Shown piece by piece: positions 9,302 to 19,841 of a stretch of DNA of 64,000 bases. This DNA is from an uncultured Gammaproteobacteria bacterium (GTDB taxonomy: Bacteria; Patescibacteriota; Patescibacteriia; Magasanikbacterales; UBA922). Location of the stretch: NCBI GenBank assembly GCA_964592785.1, contig CAZQHU010000002.1, positions 12,680 through 76,679 on the forward strand. Direction: 5' to 3'. Numbering within the stretch: the first letter of the stretch is position 1; every line of letters starts with the position of its first letter. The notes under the pieces were generated by a model that ran no database searches, was not told the origin of the DNA, and worked only from the letters and a program-made list of their open reading frames with translations. Both the position numbers and the translations under genes were made by a program.

Positions 9302-9961
9302 ATGTCTTCGCTTATCAGTGTAGTAATACCGGTCTATAAACAAGAAAAAGAGCTTGAACAAGCTTTGTTGTCCATAAAAAATCAGACTTACAAGAATATT
9401 GAAATTATTATAGAAAAAGATGAATTACATGAAGGCGCATCAGTAATGAGAAATAGGGGATTTGCTAAGGCCAAAGGAGATTATCTAATATTTTGGGATG
9501 CGGATGTAGTGGCTGTGCCAAAGATGTTGGAAGTGATGAAGAGTAAGTTGGATGAAAATCCGGGGGCTTCTTTTTCTTATTGTGATTACAATTTACAATT
9601 ATCAATTTTCAATTTCCAAAAAATTTTCAAATCTCAAATTTTCAATATTCAAACTTTAAAACAAAATAATTATATTCATTCCACTTCTCTCATTCGTCGA
9701 GTGGACGCTATAAAATGGGATGAAAAGTTAAGACGTTTCCAAGATTGGGATCTGTGGCTTACCATGGCTGAACAAGGAAAAGTTGGTGATTATATACCAG
9801 AAGTATTATTTACTATTATAGCCAAAGGTAGCATGAGCAGTTGGTTGCCAAGCTTTGCTTATAAAAAACCCTGGAAATGGCTTCCAGGATTTATAAATAA
9901 AGTGAGAGCTTATGAAGAGGCCAAAAAAGTTGTTATTTCTAAGCATTTTTTAGGCGATTAA
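9302..9961 (+). CDS. Glycosyltransferase family 2
   Basis: ISVVIPVY, RNRG, FWDAD, FQDWDLWL. Confidence 0.9.
   Translation: MSSLISVVIPVYKQEKELEQALLSIKNQTYKNIEIIIEKDELHEGASVMRNRGFAKAKGDYLIFWDADVVAVPKMLEVMKSKLDENPGASFSYCDYNLQLSIFNFQKIFKSQIFNIQTLKQNNYIHSTSLIRRVDAIKWDEKLRRFQDWDLWLTMAEQGKVGDYIPEVLFTIIAKGSMSSWLPSFAYKKPWKWLPGFINKVRAYEEAKKVVISKHFLGD
9586..9653. repeat. Degenerate heptamer array (ttWcaaW) in frame in the GT2 gene
   Basis: ttacaat ttacaat tatcaat tttcaat ttccaaa ... tttcaaa tctcaaa; encodes YNLQLSIFNFQKIFKSQIFNIQ. Confidence 0.65.
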
Positions 9962-11444
9962 AAACCCGGTAAAGAATTTTTATTGTCCGTTCAAAACCTT
10001 GGGTGTGTCTAAGGGCTAGAGTGGCTACCAAGGCTATAAAAAGAATGGTATAAACATGAAAAAGCGCGGGAATAGTAATATTCATCACCAAAAAAGCGAT
10101 AATTCCAGCCAAAAGTCCAACATCCAGATCATGCCAATCTTGGGTGTTTTTTATTTTTTTAATTAAACGAAAAATTACAAAAAAATAAAAGCTTAAAAGT
10201 ATTAAAGCTCCCAAAATTCCTAGTTCGGTCCACATTTCTAGATAGCCCCAGTCAAAATTTGCAGTAGTGATATTGGTATAAGTCAAAGGATTATAAAAAG
10301 TCACCATTGCCCCTAGGCCTTGTCCAAGAAGAGGATTTTGAGTTATTAGGTGCCAAATTTCTGGTAAAATGATCATTCTAGTTTCTGTGGATATCTCTAC
10401 GCTGGGATTAACAAAACTTTGGAGTCTTATACCAAAAAGCTCTAAACCCAAGGTTTTACCTCCTGAAGCCAAGAGATTACTGCCAATAAAAACTGAAAAA
10501 ATCAAAGTTATTAAAATAAATGATTGTTGCAACCATTTTTTCCAACTGTGTTTATATTTTAAAACTAGAAGACCGACCAAGAGTGCCAAAAAATATCCAC
10601 GTGATAAATTCAATACTAAAATGATAATTGCTGAAAAACGCAATACTCCCCACATCGGGTTGTGTTTTTCATCTCGCATTAGAAGAGAGGAAATGAAAAG
10701 TATCAAAGGAGCAATCAAAAGATGCTCCGGTTCTACGATTCGAAAAAAGCCATTGCCGAGATCAGTGATTTTTCCCAAATTTATATCTCTATACCAAGTA
10801 TAAAAATCCCCGTGGATTATTGACCAACCATTGCTAAAGAAAACAAAAGTAAAAATAGAAAAAATTGCCGTAGCCAAAATAAAAACTGTTAAAAGGCGAA
10901 CTAGGAATTCTTGCGTTTTCTCTTCTTGAAAAAGATGATAAGAAGGAAAGATCAAAAATAGAAGTATAAAAGGCACAAAATCGGCAACAATCTGATGCCA
11001 GCTGTGACTGTGATAAATGCCATTAATAATGGAAAAAAAGAGTAAAACAAAGAGTGTAATTAATAAATAAGTAAAATTTTTATCCAGATGCAGTCTTTGT
11101 TTTAGATTGTTTTTTCCTAATTGATGAAAAAACCAGAGAAAAAGAAAAAAACAAATAAATAAAGTACGAATGGATAGTCCCAAAAATTCCAAATAGTGTC
11201 CTGAACCTCCTAAAAAAAATTCACCTAAAAGCAAGTACCACCCATATTCTGGTTTTTTGAAATAAAGAATACCCAAAATCATTAATAATAAAAAAACCAA
11301 AAATGCTTGGATTAAATGGTGAGGAAATAACAAATAAGAAAAAAGCCTAATTAAAAAATAGACAATAAAAAGCAGGAAAGTTTGTTTGGTAAAAAAAATG
11401 GATTTATTGGCCAGATGTTCTTCGTACATATTAAATAAAGTCAA
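9939..11444 (-). CDS. O-antigen ligase / Wzy-like polytopic membrane protein
   Basis: Many TM helices, LSRGYFLA, STETR..W..NPLLGQGLG, YLEMWTELGILG; ATG start may be 11429. Confidence 0.8.
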   Translation of the reverse strand: MTLFNMYEEHLANKSIFFTKQTFLLFIVYFLIRLFSYLLFPHHLIQAFLVFLLLMILGILYFKKPEYGWYLLLGEFFLGGSGHYLEFLGLSIRTLFICFFLFLWFFHQLGKNNLKQRLHLDKNFTYLLITLFVLLFFSIINGIYHSHSWHQIVADFVPFILLFLIFPSYHLFQEEKTQEFLVRLLTVFILATAIFSIFTFVFFSNGWSIIHGDFYTWYRDINLGKITDLGNGFFRIVEPEHLLIAPLILFISSLLMRDEKHNPMWGVLRFSAIIILVLNLSRGYFLALLVGLLVLKYKHSWKKWLQQSFILITLIFSVFIGSNLLASGGKTLGLELFGIRLQSFVNPSVEISTETRMIILPEIWHLITQNPLLGQGLGAMVTFYNPLTYTNITTANFDWGYLEMWTELGILGALILLSFYFFVIFRLIKKIKNTQDWHDLDVGLLAGIIAFLVMNITIPALFHVYTILFIALVATLALRHTQGFERTIKILYRVFNRLKNA

Positions 11445-11454
11445 AATTCAAAAA

Positions 11455-12399
11455 TCAAATTTCAAAACTTTTTAGATAACCATTGACAAAACTCCTGGCA
11501 TTTGTTGCTTTGGCACCTTCCAACTGTAATTCTACCACTTCTATTGAATTTTCACCACAACCAATAAATAATTTTTCGTTTTCCACTTTCCACTTTCCAC
11601 TTTCCACTGGCAACTCATCCAATCTAATTTTTAAAAGTTTCACTCGTTTGCCTTTCCATTCCGTCCACACTCCCGGCCAAGGCGTTAGCCCCCGATATTG
11701 GTTGTAAATATCCTTGGCAGTTTTTGTCCAATCAACTTTACCATCTTCCCGATTTAAGATTTTTGTATAGGTGGCTCGGGTATTATCTTGAGGGGTGGGT
11801 TTGATTATTCCTGAAATATAACCAGAAATAGCCTCTGTAAGGGCAAAATTGGCGATTTTAGCCAGTTTTTGGCTAAGTATGGGGTAAGTGTCGTTTGGAT
11901 CAATTTTGAGTGTTTTTTGTAGTAAAATTGGCCCGGTATCCATGCCAGCATCCATTTTCATAATCGTCACTCCAGTTTCGGTTTCACCATTTAACAAAGC
12001 TGTTTGAATAGGTGAGGCACCGCGGTATTTTGGCAGTAGGGAAGTGTGGACGTTTATGATGCCATGCTTTGGCGCATTTAAAATATTTTCTGGAATAATT
12101 AGTCCATATTGGGCACAAATTCCCCAGTCAAAAGTCTGTAAAGTCTTAAAGTCAAAAGTCTTGAGTGAGACAGGTTGTAATATTTTAAGATCGTGTTTCT
12201 CGGCCAAAATTTTTACAGCGGATTTTTGAAGCTCTTGTTTTCTGCCCACTGGTTTGTCGGGTTGAGTAATAACCAATCCAATACTAAAATTAGGATTGTC
12301 AATTAACCCTTGTAAAATTTCTGCGGCAAAGTCGTGCGTGCCAAAGAAAATGATATTGATTGTATTATTGTCCAATTGTTTTATTGTGGGACTTGACAT
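11455..12399 (-). CDS. fmt: Methionyl-tRNA formyltransferase
   Basis: IIFFGTHDFA, ITQPDKPVGR, NVHTSLLPKYRGASPI, MDAGMDTGPI, RGLTPWPG. Confidence 0.97.
   Translation of the reverse strand: MSSPTIKQLDNNTINIIFFGTHDFAAEILQGLIDNPNFSIGLVITQPDKPVGRKQELQKSAVKILAEKHDLKILQPVSLKTFDFKTLQTFDWGICAQYGLIIPENILNAPKHGIINVHTSLLPKYRGASPIQTALLNGETETGVTIMKMDAGMDTGPILLQKTLKIDPNDTYPILSQKLAKIANFALTEAISGYISGIIKPTPQDNTRATYTKILNREDGKVDWTKTAKDIYNQYRGLTPWPGVWTEWKGKRVKLLKIRLDELPVESGKWKVENEKLFIGCGENSIEVVELQLEGAKATNARSFVNGYLKSFEI
11580..11607. repeat. (TTTCCAC)x4 perfect heptamer array in frame in fmt
   Basis: Four exact copies; encodes VESGKWKVE on -; identical array in metG at 60633. Confidence 0.9.
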
Positions 12400-12421
12400 G
12401 ATTTTAATTTTATGTTATGAT
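12393..12421 (+). promoter_or_regulatory. sigma70 promoter overlapping the fmt start codon, firing antisense to def-fmt
   Basis: TTGACA-17 nt-TATGAT with TG extended -10. Confidence 0.65.
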
Positions 12422-12427
12422 ATTTCG

Positions 12428-12495
12428 TCATCTAGTTATTTCCAATACCGTTGTAACGGGATAGTGTTTTTACACTATCGGAAATAATAGGATGA
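12428..12495. ncRNA. Candidate three-way-junction RNA structure
   Basis: ttatttcc/ggaaataa closing ccgt-tgta-acgg and gatagtgt-tttt-acactatc; outer tcatc/gatga. Confidence 0.45.
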
Positions 12496-12581
12496 TAATG
12501 GATGAATCTAAGTAGGTATGGGGTGTTCTAGTTCTAGGTTCCCTCGTGTTCCGTTCTAAACCCTCACCGAAAGGAGACACC

Positions 12582-12854
12582 ATGTTCAGTTACCGGATTT
12601 ACGACCACACCACGTTTCATACTGGTGGAACCGCTACAATTTTCTTTCATGTCGGTGATATCCGAATGCTTGGGCTCAATGGGACAACGATCGGATTTGT
12701 CGATGTGGAAAAAATGAGATGGTTCCGGTTTAACGGCAGAAAGCTCGCGAAAGCGAGAGTAATTCAGGCGCCAGGAATGGAAGAAACCTTCCGACCTGGC
12801 ACTGACATTCTCATCTTCGTGAGCAAATGTCGTCCCGCATATATCTTGGTCTGA
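12582..12854 (+). CDS. GC-rich orphan protein (90 aa)
   Basis: SD aaggag 6 nt before ATG 12582, upstream promoter, downstream GC hairpin; no recognisable motif. Confidence 0.6.
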   Translation: MFSYRIYDHTTFHTGGTATIFFHVGDIRMLGLNGTTIGFVDVEKMRWFRFNGRKLAKARVIQAPGMEETFRPGTDILIFVSKCRPAYILV

Positions 12855-12859
12855 CTTTT

Positions 12860-12902
12860 GCCCCCGGGTAACGCGTAATGGCGACCCGGGGCTTCACTTT
12901 TT
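12860..12902 (+). terminator. GC hairpin/terminator after the orphan, convergent with def
   Basis: ccccgggt..cgc-gtaatg-gcg-acccgggg then cttcacttttt. Confidence 0.6.
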
Positions 12903-13396
12903 TACTCAATTTTTTTTATATTTTTCGCTTTATCAATAAACAAAACCCCATCCAAATGATCCACTTCATGCTGAATCACTCGCGCGAAATAACCATGAGC
13001 TTTAAATTTTATTTCTTCACCATGTTCATTCCAAGCTCGTACTTCAATATCTGAATATCTTTTCACTTTGCCAATAGTTTTGGGAACTGATAAACAACCT
13101 TCTTCTTCTACATTGGTTTTACGACTAGTTTTTTGCCAAATAGGATTTACCAAAACCAAGTCAGCGATGGGTAGTTTATTTTTTTTATCCATTTTTAGAG
13201 CTTCTTGGCCAATGATACAAAGACGAATATTATGTCCAATTTGTGGAGCTGCCAAACCAATGCCATCGGACTCATACATTTTGGGGATCATCTCCTCAAT
13301 CAATTGTTGAGTTTTTTTTAATAATAAAAAATCACGGTCAATTTCTTGGGAACGTTCTCTAAGGGAAGAGGTTGGTAGGGTAATAATAGACAGCAT
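12902..13396 (-). CDS. def: Peptide deformylase
   Basis: GIGLAAPQIG, EGCLSVP, QHEVDHLDG motifs. Confidence 0.98.
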   Translation of the reverse strand: MLSIITLPTSSLRERSQEIDRDFLLLKKTQQLIEEMIPKMYESDGIGLAAPQIGHNIRLCIIGQEALKMDKKNKLPIADLVLVNPIWQKTSRKTNVEEEGCLSVPKTIGKVKRYSDIEVRAWNEHGEEIKFKAHGYFARVIQHEVDHLDGVLFIDKAKNIKKIE

Positions 13397-13403
13397 ATTT
13401 TTA

Positions 13404-13460
13404 TGTCACCCCTGCGAAGGCAGGGGTCTAATTGAGATTCCTGCTTTCGCAGGAATGACA
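13404..13460. repeat. GTCAT-family palindromic element (two hairpins)
   Basis: tgtcacccctgcgaaggcaggggtct...agattcctgctttcgcaggaatgaca; terminal TGTCA/TGACA. Confidence 0.85.
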
Positions 13461-13467
13461 GCTTATT

Positions 13468-13740
13468 TTATTCTTTTTTTTGCTTTTTGTCAAGGCTAGG
13501 CACTTCTTTACTTTTCCAAATAAAAAGCTTGCCAGGAGTGCTGGCGTTACTTTGTTTAATTTCCGAAAAAATTCTTTGAGCCTCTTTTACTCCAATCCTC
13601 TTGATAACTCCCAAATACATGGCAAATTTTTTTCTTTCTCCAAAAGCAGTGGAAATTTGATCCGCCCAATAATGTACTTCTGAATGTATATTTTTATTTT
13701 TTTCTTTTCTGGGCTGAATGAGTTTGCCAATACTGTCCAT
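13468..13740 (-). CDS. Hypothetical protein (90 aa)
   Basis: MDSIGKL..FGERKKFAMYLGVIKRIG..PGKLFIWK; operon-like packing. Confidence 0.7.
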   Translation of the reverse strand: MDSIGKLIQPRKEKNKNIHSEVHYWADQISTAFGERKKFAMYLGVIKRIGVKEAQRIFSEIKQSNASTPGKLFIWKSKEVPSLDKKQKKE

Positions 13741-13744
13741 ATTT

Positions 13745-14536
13745 TTAATCCAAAACAAAATTTCCTACTAAATAACCCACACCAAAAGGGCCTTCATAAG
13801 AGTAATTTTTGAAATTATAATTTACCCCTTGGAGTATTCCTAATAAAATGAGAATTGAGCGATAGCCACATTCAGCAGCTTCTTCTACAAGCTTGGGATC
13901 AAGTTTACTAAAACCCAAAGTATTGTGGTTTTCCAGAAGTTCGATAACATCTTGATCAAACTTAGTCCCGGCTGGTGAAAAGCCGGCGGGGGCGCCGGTG
14001 GCCAAAGCGTGTGATAGATCTCCAGAAGCGATTACTGCCACACGTTTGCTGGTATTCATGAATGATTCTTTCATAAGTTCACCAAAATCAAGATGCTGTT
14101 TATTATCCAAAAGACTATAACCGACCGGTAAAATTCGACAGTTTGGTAAATGAGTAGTCAAATAAAATAGTGGTACTGTAGTGCCATGATCCAAAAGCTC
14201 TTCACTAATTAGCTGAACTCTCATATTGAGATCATTGGCCGCATGAGCGATGGTAGAAGCAAGTGATGGTTCTCCTTGCCAATTAAGTTTAGTTTTTAGA
14301 TCGCCAAATTCGGCAAAATTTGAAGAAAAATTGGTGTTGGCATTGAGACAAAAAGCATCAGGAAAGAGACTGCCGTGAGGAGAAATAACAACTATTACAT
14401 CTGGCTTGGATAGATAAAGATCTTCCTCGAGTTTGTTTAGAGCTTTTTTAGTTTGTTCAACTTTGGCGATTTCCTTTTTTCCTATATCTGGTATAAGAAG
14501 CGGGGGATGAGGAGTAATTCCAGCAAATACTAACAT
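13745..14536 (-). CDS. AmmeMemoRadiSam protein B / MEMO1-LigB-like protein
   Basis: GITPHPPLLIP, ISPHG, LDHGTTVPL, IASGDLSH, AECGYRS, YEGPFGVGY. Confidence 0.88.
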   Translation of the reverse strand: MLVFAGITPHPPLLIPDIGKKEIAKVEQTKKALNKLEEDLYLSKPDVIVVISPHGSLFPDAFCLNANTNFSSNFAEFGDLKTKLNWQGEPSLASTIAHAANDLNMRVQLISEELLDHGTTVPLFYLTTHLPNCRILPVGYSLLDNKQHLDFGELMKESFMNTSKRVAVIASGDLSHALATGAPAGFSPAGTKFDQDVIELLENHNTLGFSKLDPKLVEEAAECGYRSILILLGILQGVNYNFKNYSYEGPFGVGYLVGNFVLD

Positions 14537-14545
14537 AAATAAAAA

Positions 14546-16798
14546 TTAAAAATTATTAATTACCCAATTGGTTAATTTTTCTGGTTCATCAAAACGACGA
14601 TTGTATTCTGCATTACCCATGGTGATGATAATAAATTTTTTACCATCTAGTGGTCGTTCTATGAGCATGGCCAAACCAGCACCGGCTTCATCCAGATATC
14701 CGGTCTTGCTGGCAATTATATTAAACGACAAATTTGATTTATTAGCAAGATCATTACTGTTATTATCAAAATGTTTAGGTTTGCCGTCAAGATCTTTTAT
14801 TTCTAAATATTCGTAACTTTTTAATCCTAAAGTTTTTTGTAAAGTGTCATTGGTTACCGCCTTAGTGAAAATAAACAAAAATTCTCTAGCAGTGCCAACG
14901 TTTTTCAAATCATAACCATAGGTATCAGTAAATTTGGTTTTTTCCAGGCCCCAAGATTTTATTTTTTCATTCATTTTTTTAACCATTAATTTTTCACCAC
15001 CCAGTTCATTGGCTAGCATTTTGGCGGCAGTATTGATGGAAGAAACCAACATGGCTTCTAGTAAATTCTGATTTTTTATTTTTTCTCCTTCGGCCACTCG
15101 GAAATTATGATAAGCTGATTTGTCTAAACTGCCAGCGTAAGTGTGGGAATGATTTAGTTGTAACCCCGCATGTAAAAATTCATAGGCTGACATGATTTTG
15201 GTAAAAGAGGCTAGGGGACGAACAAAGTCTATATTTTTTCCAGCTAAAATTTCGCCAGTTTTGTAATCCGCTACCAGGTAAGTGTCTAGATTGGTTTCAA
15301 ATTTTTTATCACCAACAAAAATTGTTGTTGTGGCTCTGATCATTTTCTCTGTGTCACCAACTCCGCCATTATCCACTTGGGTGGTTGGCGGTGTGGAAGT
15401 TTGTTTTTCATCAAGAGAAGTGTTCAGGCGTGAAGGTAGGTAAAGAGGCTGTCCGGAAGGGTGATTCATGCCGGTTATTTGATCAGTCCAAATAATGTTT
15501 TTCCAATTAAAGCCAAAACCATTAAAAACTTCTTCTGAAGCAATGTGGCGTTTTTTGCCTTTTTCAATTACATAAATTTTATTATCCCCCTTGATTCCCA
15601 TAAGTGTGCCATCTTGAAATTTGAGGATCTCACCAGTAGTGTAATTTTGTAATTCAGTAATTGAAACCATTTCAATTTGTAGATTGGGAAAATTAATTTT
15701 GGCAATTTGTGAATCGGTCAAGGGATAATAGAAATTATCTTTTAAATAATAAAGGGAATTGGTTTCTTTGGTTTTGACCAACCGTCCTATGGGTGCAGTC
15801 TCCAAATCAGTAGTGATCACTGTACCCATGTTATAACCCAGCAAATCGCTGGGAGAGACATCGATTATTTCTTCTGGATTGTAACCAAGACTTCTCACTA
15901 CTTCTTCTGATGCAAAAGGACGAATGGTGTCAAAATCTATTAAATAATAATTTGAACCTTGGCGTAAAATAGAGTAATTGGGAAAATTTAATTCTTTACC
16001 ATCGGCATAATTGGCCAATTCGGAAGCTGGTATAGTGATTACCATTTTTGGGTCAAAACGGCTGGCTAAAATTCCCATACTTTTGATTAGTCTTTTGGTT
16101 CCATCTTGTAAAAGATAGACAGCTGGATTATTGGAAGTTTTTACCAAAGAACCATCTGGGTAAACTTGGCCAAACCATTCATTCCAAAGTTTCCAAAAAT
16201 TTTTATTACCATGAAGATGTGGGGTATAGGTGTAGAGAAAAGCAGTGGCAAAATTTTTGGGAATCACTATTTCCCCGTCAATTACATAGGAACGATTGGG
16301 TCGTTTGATCCATACTTCGGTGAAATAGTTATCATAGTACCAACGAATTATGCCGGCGGCCGCATCTACTTGTTTGCCAAAACCTTGATTTTTACTATCA
16401 CAGCCACCAGAATCAGGGCAACCATAGCCAGTAGCGAAATCAAGCTGTCTTTGAGTTGGATTTTTGACAGTGATGAGACTCATTTCTTTTTGCAATTTAA
16501 CTAGCAAATATTTAGGGTTTATTTTGTATTCTTGGGCTGCTCGGTAAATAATATCTGCAGTTTTGCGTTCAATTCCATCCTTGTCTGCAGTTCGCCAATT
16601 GGCAATGTAACCATCAAAATCATCCAAAAATGCTTGGATTTCTTCTCTGGTAAGACTGTTATATTCCTGCATTTCTTCATCAGAAATAATGTAGTTAGGA
16701 TTAAAATTATCTTTGCCAATTGTCAGAGCAGAGGAATAACTAACTAAAAAAAATACTGATAAAAACAAAATATAAGCTATTTTTTGGGCTTTATTCAT
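14546..16798 (-). CDS. Secreted multidomain cell-wall protein with C-terminal D-Ala-D-Ala carboxypeptidase (peptidase S11)
   Basis: Signal peptide; INPKYLLVKLQKE..GYGCPD domain; internal DG.L.K..VY repeats; SFTK, SIN and KTG serine-PBP motifs. Confidence 0.8.
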   Translation of the reverse strand: MNKAQKIAYILFLSVFFLVSYSSALTIGKDNFNPNYIISDEEMQEYNSLTREEIQAFLDDFDGYIANWRTADKDGIERKTADIIYRAAQEYKINPKYLLVKLQKEMSLITVKNPTQRQLDFATGYGCPDSGGCDSKNQGFGKQVDAAAGIIRWYYDNYFTEVWIKRPNRSYVIDGEIVIPKNFATAFLYTYTPHLHGNKNFWKLWNEWFGQVYPDGSLVKTSNNPAVYLLQDGTKRLIKSMGILASRFDPKMVITIPASELANYADGKELNFPNYSILRQGSNYYLIDFDTIRPFASEEVVRSLGYNPEEIIDVSPSDLLGYNMGTVITTDLETAPIGRLVKTKETNSLYYLKDNFYYPLTDSQIAKINFPNLQIEMVSITELQNYTTGEILKFQDGTLMGIKGDNKIYVIEKGKKRHIASEEVFNGFGFNWKNIIWTDQITGMNHPSGQPLYLPSRLNTSLDEKQTSTPPTTQVDNGGVGDTEKMIRATTTIFVGDKKFETNLDTYLVADYKTGEILAGKNIDFVRPLASFTKIMSAYEFLHAGLQLNHSHTYAGSLDKSAYHNFRVAEGEKIKNQNLLEAMLVSSINTAAKMLANELGGEKLMVKKMNEKIKSWGLEKTKFTDTYGYDLKNVGTAREFLFIFTKAVTNDTLQKTLGLKSYEYLEIKDLDGKPKHFDNNSNDLANKSNLSFNIIASKTGYLDEAGAGLAMLIERPLDGKKFIIITMGNAEYNRRFDEPEKLTNWVINNF

Positions 16799-16828
16799 AG
16801 GTTTTTATTATAGCATATTTTGAAGAAT

Positions 16829-16859
16829 AAAAAAACTGCCCAAAATGGGCAGTTTTTTT
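16829..16859. terminator. Intrinsic terminator (A/T tracts on both sides)
   Basis: aaaaaactgccca-aaa-tgggcagtttttt. Confidence 0.8.
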
Positions 16860-17172
16860 ATTTTCTCGCTTCTATTCTATGTTTATCAATAAGAGCACCT
16901 ATTAAAAGTCCTATAAATACTCCTACTAAAATAGTAATAAGTGGTAATCTAATACCCAATAAATTTTGAAAAAAACTATCTATTGAAGCCACAGGGCCAG
17001 CAGGATTTAGAAAAAAATCATAATCAAACCAAGTAATTATAAAACCTATTATAAAACCAAAGACTCCACATTTTATAATCATTGTTTTTTTTGATTTCAC
17101 GGTAATCATAAATATCCCAATAATGAGTATAATTGGTGTAATTATAATCATATACCACAGGAAATTACCCAT
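16858..17172 (-). CDS. Small membrane hypothetical protein
   Basis: Three hydrophobic segments, 104 aa, directly downstream of clpB. Confidence 0.65.
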   Translation of the reverse strand: MGNFLWYMIIITPIILIIGIFMITVKSKKTMIIKCGVFGFIIGFIITWFDYDFFLNPAGPVASIDSFFQNLLGIRLPLITILVGVFIGLLIGALIDKHRIEARK

Positions 17173-17197
17173 ATTTTTTAATAAAAAATTAATTAAT

Positions 17198-19834
17198 TTA
17201 TTTTATCAAAATTTTATTTTTTTCCACCTCGATCTTTACATTTTGTCCTTCTTGAATTTTACCTTCAATAATCAAAAGCGAGAGGGGATTGAGGACTTCA
17301 GTTTGGATTAAACGTTTGAGTGGACGAGCACCAAGATTGGGATCATAACCTTTTTTACCCAAATAATCTTTGGTTTTCCCCAAAATATTGAGAGTAATCT
17401 TTTTTTCAGAAAGACGGTCAATAACTTTTTGAAGTTGTAAATCCACAATTTGTCGAATTTCTTTTTCTCCCAGAGGGTGGAACATAATTATTTCATCAAG
17501 ACGGTTGAGAAATTCTGGTTTGAAGTTTTCTTTGAGTTTTTCTAGGATTTTTTCTTTAATATTTTCTTCGCGATTTTTTCCATTTTTTTTGTTTTCAACT
17601 CCAAAACCAAATTCTCCACCTTTGTTCATCTGCATGATTATTTCTGAGCCAATATTACTGGTCATGATGATGACCGTATTTTTGAAATTTATCTTTCTTC
17701 CTTTAGCATCGGTTAAATGTCCATCTTCGAGTATTTGCAACATCATATTGAAAACATCGGGGTGAGCTTTCTCTATTTCATCAAAAAGAATCACAGAATA
17801 AGGCCGACGACGAATTATTTCAGTCAGTTGTCCTCCTTCTTCATAACCAACATAGCCAGGAGGCGAACCAATCATTTTGCTGGTGGAATGTTTTTCCATA
17901 TATTCACTCATATCCACTCGGACTAGGGCTTCTTCATCGTTAAAAAGAAATTCTGCCAAAGCTTTGGCTAATTCTGTTTTGCCAACTCCAGTCGGCCCCA
18001 TGAAGATGAAGGAACCAATAGGTCGTTTTTCTTCACCAATCCCTGCGCGTGAACGACGGATAGCGTTGGCTACTGCGGTGATGGCCTCTGTTTGACCGAT
18101 CACCCGTTTGGAAAGTTCGGCTTCTAGATGGGCCAATTTTTTCACTTCATCTTGAAGCATTTTGGAGACTGGAATACCAGTCCAACGTGAGACTACACCG
18201 GCAATATCTTCTTCAGTAACTTCTTCTTTTAAAATTATTCTACCTTTTTGAATTTCCGCCAATTTTATTTCATTTTTTTTGATAGCTTCTTCCAGTAAAG
18301 GAACTTGTCCATAGCGAACTTCGGCTACTTTTTGTAAATTGCCACGACGTTCTTCTATATCGGCTTGAGACTTGAGTTTCTCAATTTCTTTTTTGTGTTC
18401 GCGAATTTTAGTAATGATATCTTTTTCATTTTTCCAATGAGCTTCCAGTTCATTACTTTTTTCTTTGAGATTGGCTAATTCTTGTTTTAATTTTTTTTCT
18501 CTTTCTTTTGATTCTTGATCAGATTCTTTTTTCAAAGCTCGCAGTTCAATATCTATTTTCATCATTTTGCGTTTCATTTTATCAAGATCATCAGGCATGG
18601 AATCTATTTCCATACGAAGTGCCGAGGTGGCTTCATCTACCAGGTCAATAGCTTTATCAGGTAAAAATCTATCGGTAATATAGCGATTACTAAGCTCTAC
18701 CGCTGCCACGATCGCTGGATCGGTGATACGCACACCATGATGAACTTCATATTTTTCTTTTATTCCACGTAAGATGGCGATAGCATCATCCACTGCAGGT
18801 TCACTCACCAAGACTGGTTGAAAACGACGTTCAAAAGCCGCGTCTTTTTCAATGTGTTTTTGGTATTCTTTCAAAGTAGTGGCGCCAATAGTGTGAAGTT
18901 CGCCACGAGCCAAAGCCGGTTTCAACATATTGCTAGCATCAATTGCCCCCTCACTTGAACCAGCACCGACAATAGTGTGCAATTCATCAATGAACAAAAT
19001 TATTTTACCATTGGATTCTGTCACTTCTTTTAAAACTGCTTTGAAGCGTTCCTCAAATTCACCACGAAATTTTGTCCCGGCTATAAGAGCCCCAACATCT
19101 AGAGCAATCACTTCTTTGTCTTTGAGACTTTCTGGTACGTCACCATTGACAATTCTTTGAGCCAAACCTTCAACAATTGCTGTTTTTCCTACACCAGGTT
19201 CACCAATTAAAACTGGATTATTTTTGGTTCGTCTAGACAAAACTTGCATTACTCGACGAATTTCATCATCACGACCGATCACTGGATCAAGTTTTTCTTT
19301 ACGCGCAAATTCTGTAAGATTTTTTCCGTATTTTTCCAAAGCTTGATATTTGCTCTCCGGTTCAGGGGAATCTACTTTTTGGTTACCGCGAATTAAAACT
19401 AAAGTTTTCAAAATCTCAGCGTATTGAATTCCCTGATGAGAGAGAGTATCACTAATCGGATTTTTATTGGTCAAAAATGCCAAAAGCAGGTGTTCTACTG
19501 AAATATAATCATCACCCATTTTTTGGGCTTCATTTTGAGCGTTTTGTAAAATATACATCATGGCTGGACCAAGCATTATTTGTCCCAAACCACCAGCTGG
19601 AGAAGAACCAAATTGTTTGGGCAGAACCCCAATCATTTTTTGAACTTCCAAACGTAATTGTTCCAAATTGATATTTAACTTTTTAAAAAGAGAAATAACC
19701 ACACCTGCTTCATCTTCTAAAAGTGACAAAAAAAGATGGGGCGGTTCTACTTGTGGCTGACCATTTTCATGGGCTATTTGTGAAGCTCTTTGCAGGGCTT
19801 CTTGGGATTTATGGGTAAAATTTTGTGGATTCAT
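17198..19834 (-). CDS. clpB: ATP-dependent chaperone ClpB
   Basis: Two AAA+ modules ([16 protein letters not shown]), Clp N domain, coiled-coil M domain, GARPLKR. Confidence 0.98.
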   Translation of the reverse strand: MNPQNFTHKSQEALQRASQIAHENGQPQVEPPHLFLSLLEDEAGVVISLFKKLNINLEQLRLEVQKMIGVLPKQFGSSPAGGLGQIMLGPAMMYILQNAQNEAQKMGDDYISVEHLLLAFLTNKNPISDTLSHQGIQYAEILKTLVLIRGNQKVDSPEPESKYQALEKYGKNLTEFARKEKLDPVIGRDDEIRRVMQVLSRRTKNNPVLIGEPGVGKTAIVEGLAQRIVNGDVPESLKDKEVIALDVGALIAGTKFRGEFEERFKAVLKEVTESNGKIILFIDELHTIVGAGSSEGAIDASNMLKPALARGELHTIGATTLKEYQKHIEKDAAFERRFQPVLVSEPAVDDAIAILRGIKEKYEVHHGVRITDPAIVAAVELSNRYITDRFLPDKAIDLVDEATSALRMEIDSMPDDLDKMKRKMMKIDIELRALKKESDQESKEREKKLKQELANLKEKSNELEAHWKNEKDIITKIREHKKEIEKLKSQADIEERRGNLQKVAEVRYGQVPLLEEAIKKNEIKLAEIQKGRIILKEEVTEEDIAGVVSRWTGIPVSKMLQDEVKKLAHLEAELSKRVIGQTEAITAVANAIRRSRAGIGEEKRPIGSFIFMGPTGVGKTELAKALAEFLFNDEEALVRVDMSEYMEKHSTSKMIGSPPGYVGYEEGGQLTEIIRRRPYSVILFDEIEKAHPDVFNMMLQILEDGHLTDAKGRKINFKNTVIIMTSNIGSEIIMQMNKGGEFGFGVENKKNGKNREENIKEKILEKLKENFKPEFLNRLDEIIMFHPLGEKEIRQIVDLQLQKVIDRLSEKKITLNILGKTKDYLGKKGYDPNLGARPLKRLIQTEVLNPLSLLIIEGKIQEGQNVKIEVEKNKILIK

Positions 19835-19841
19835 AAAGTTT

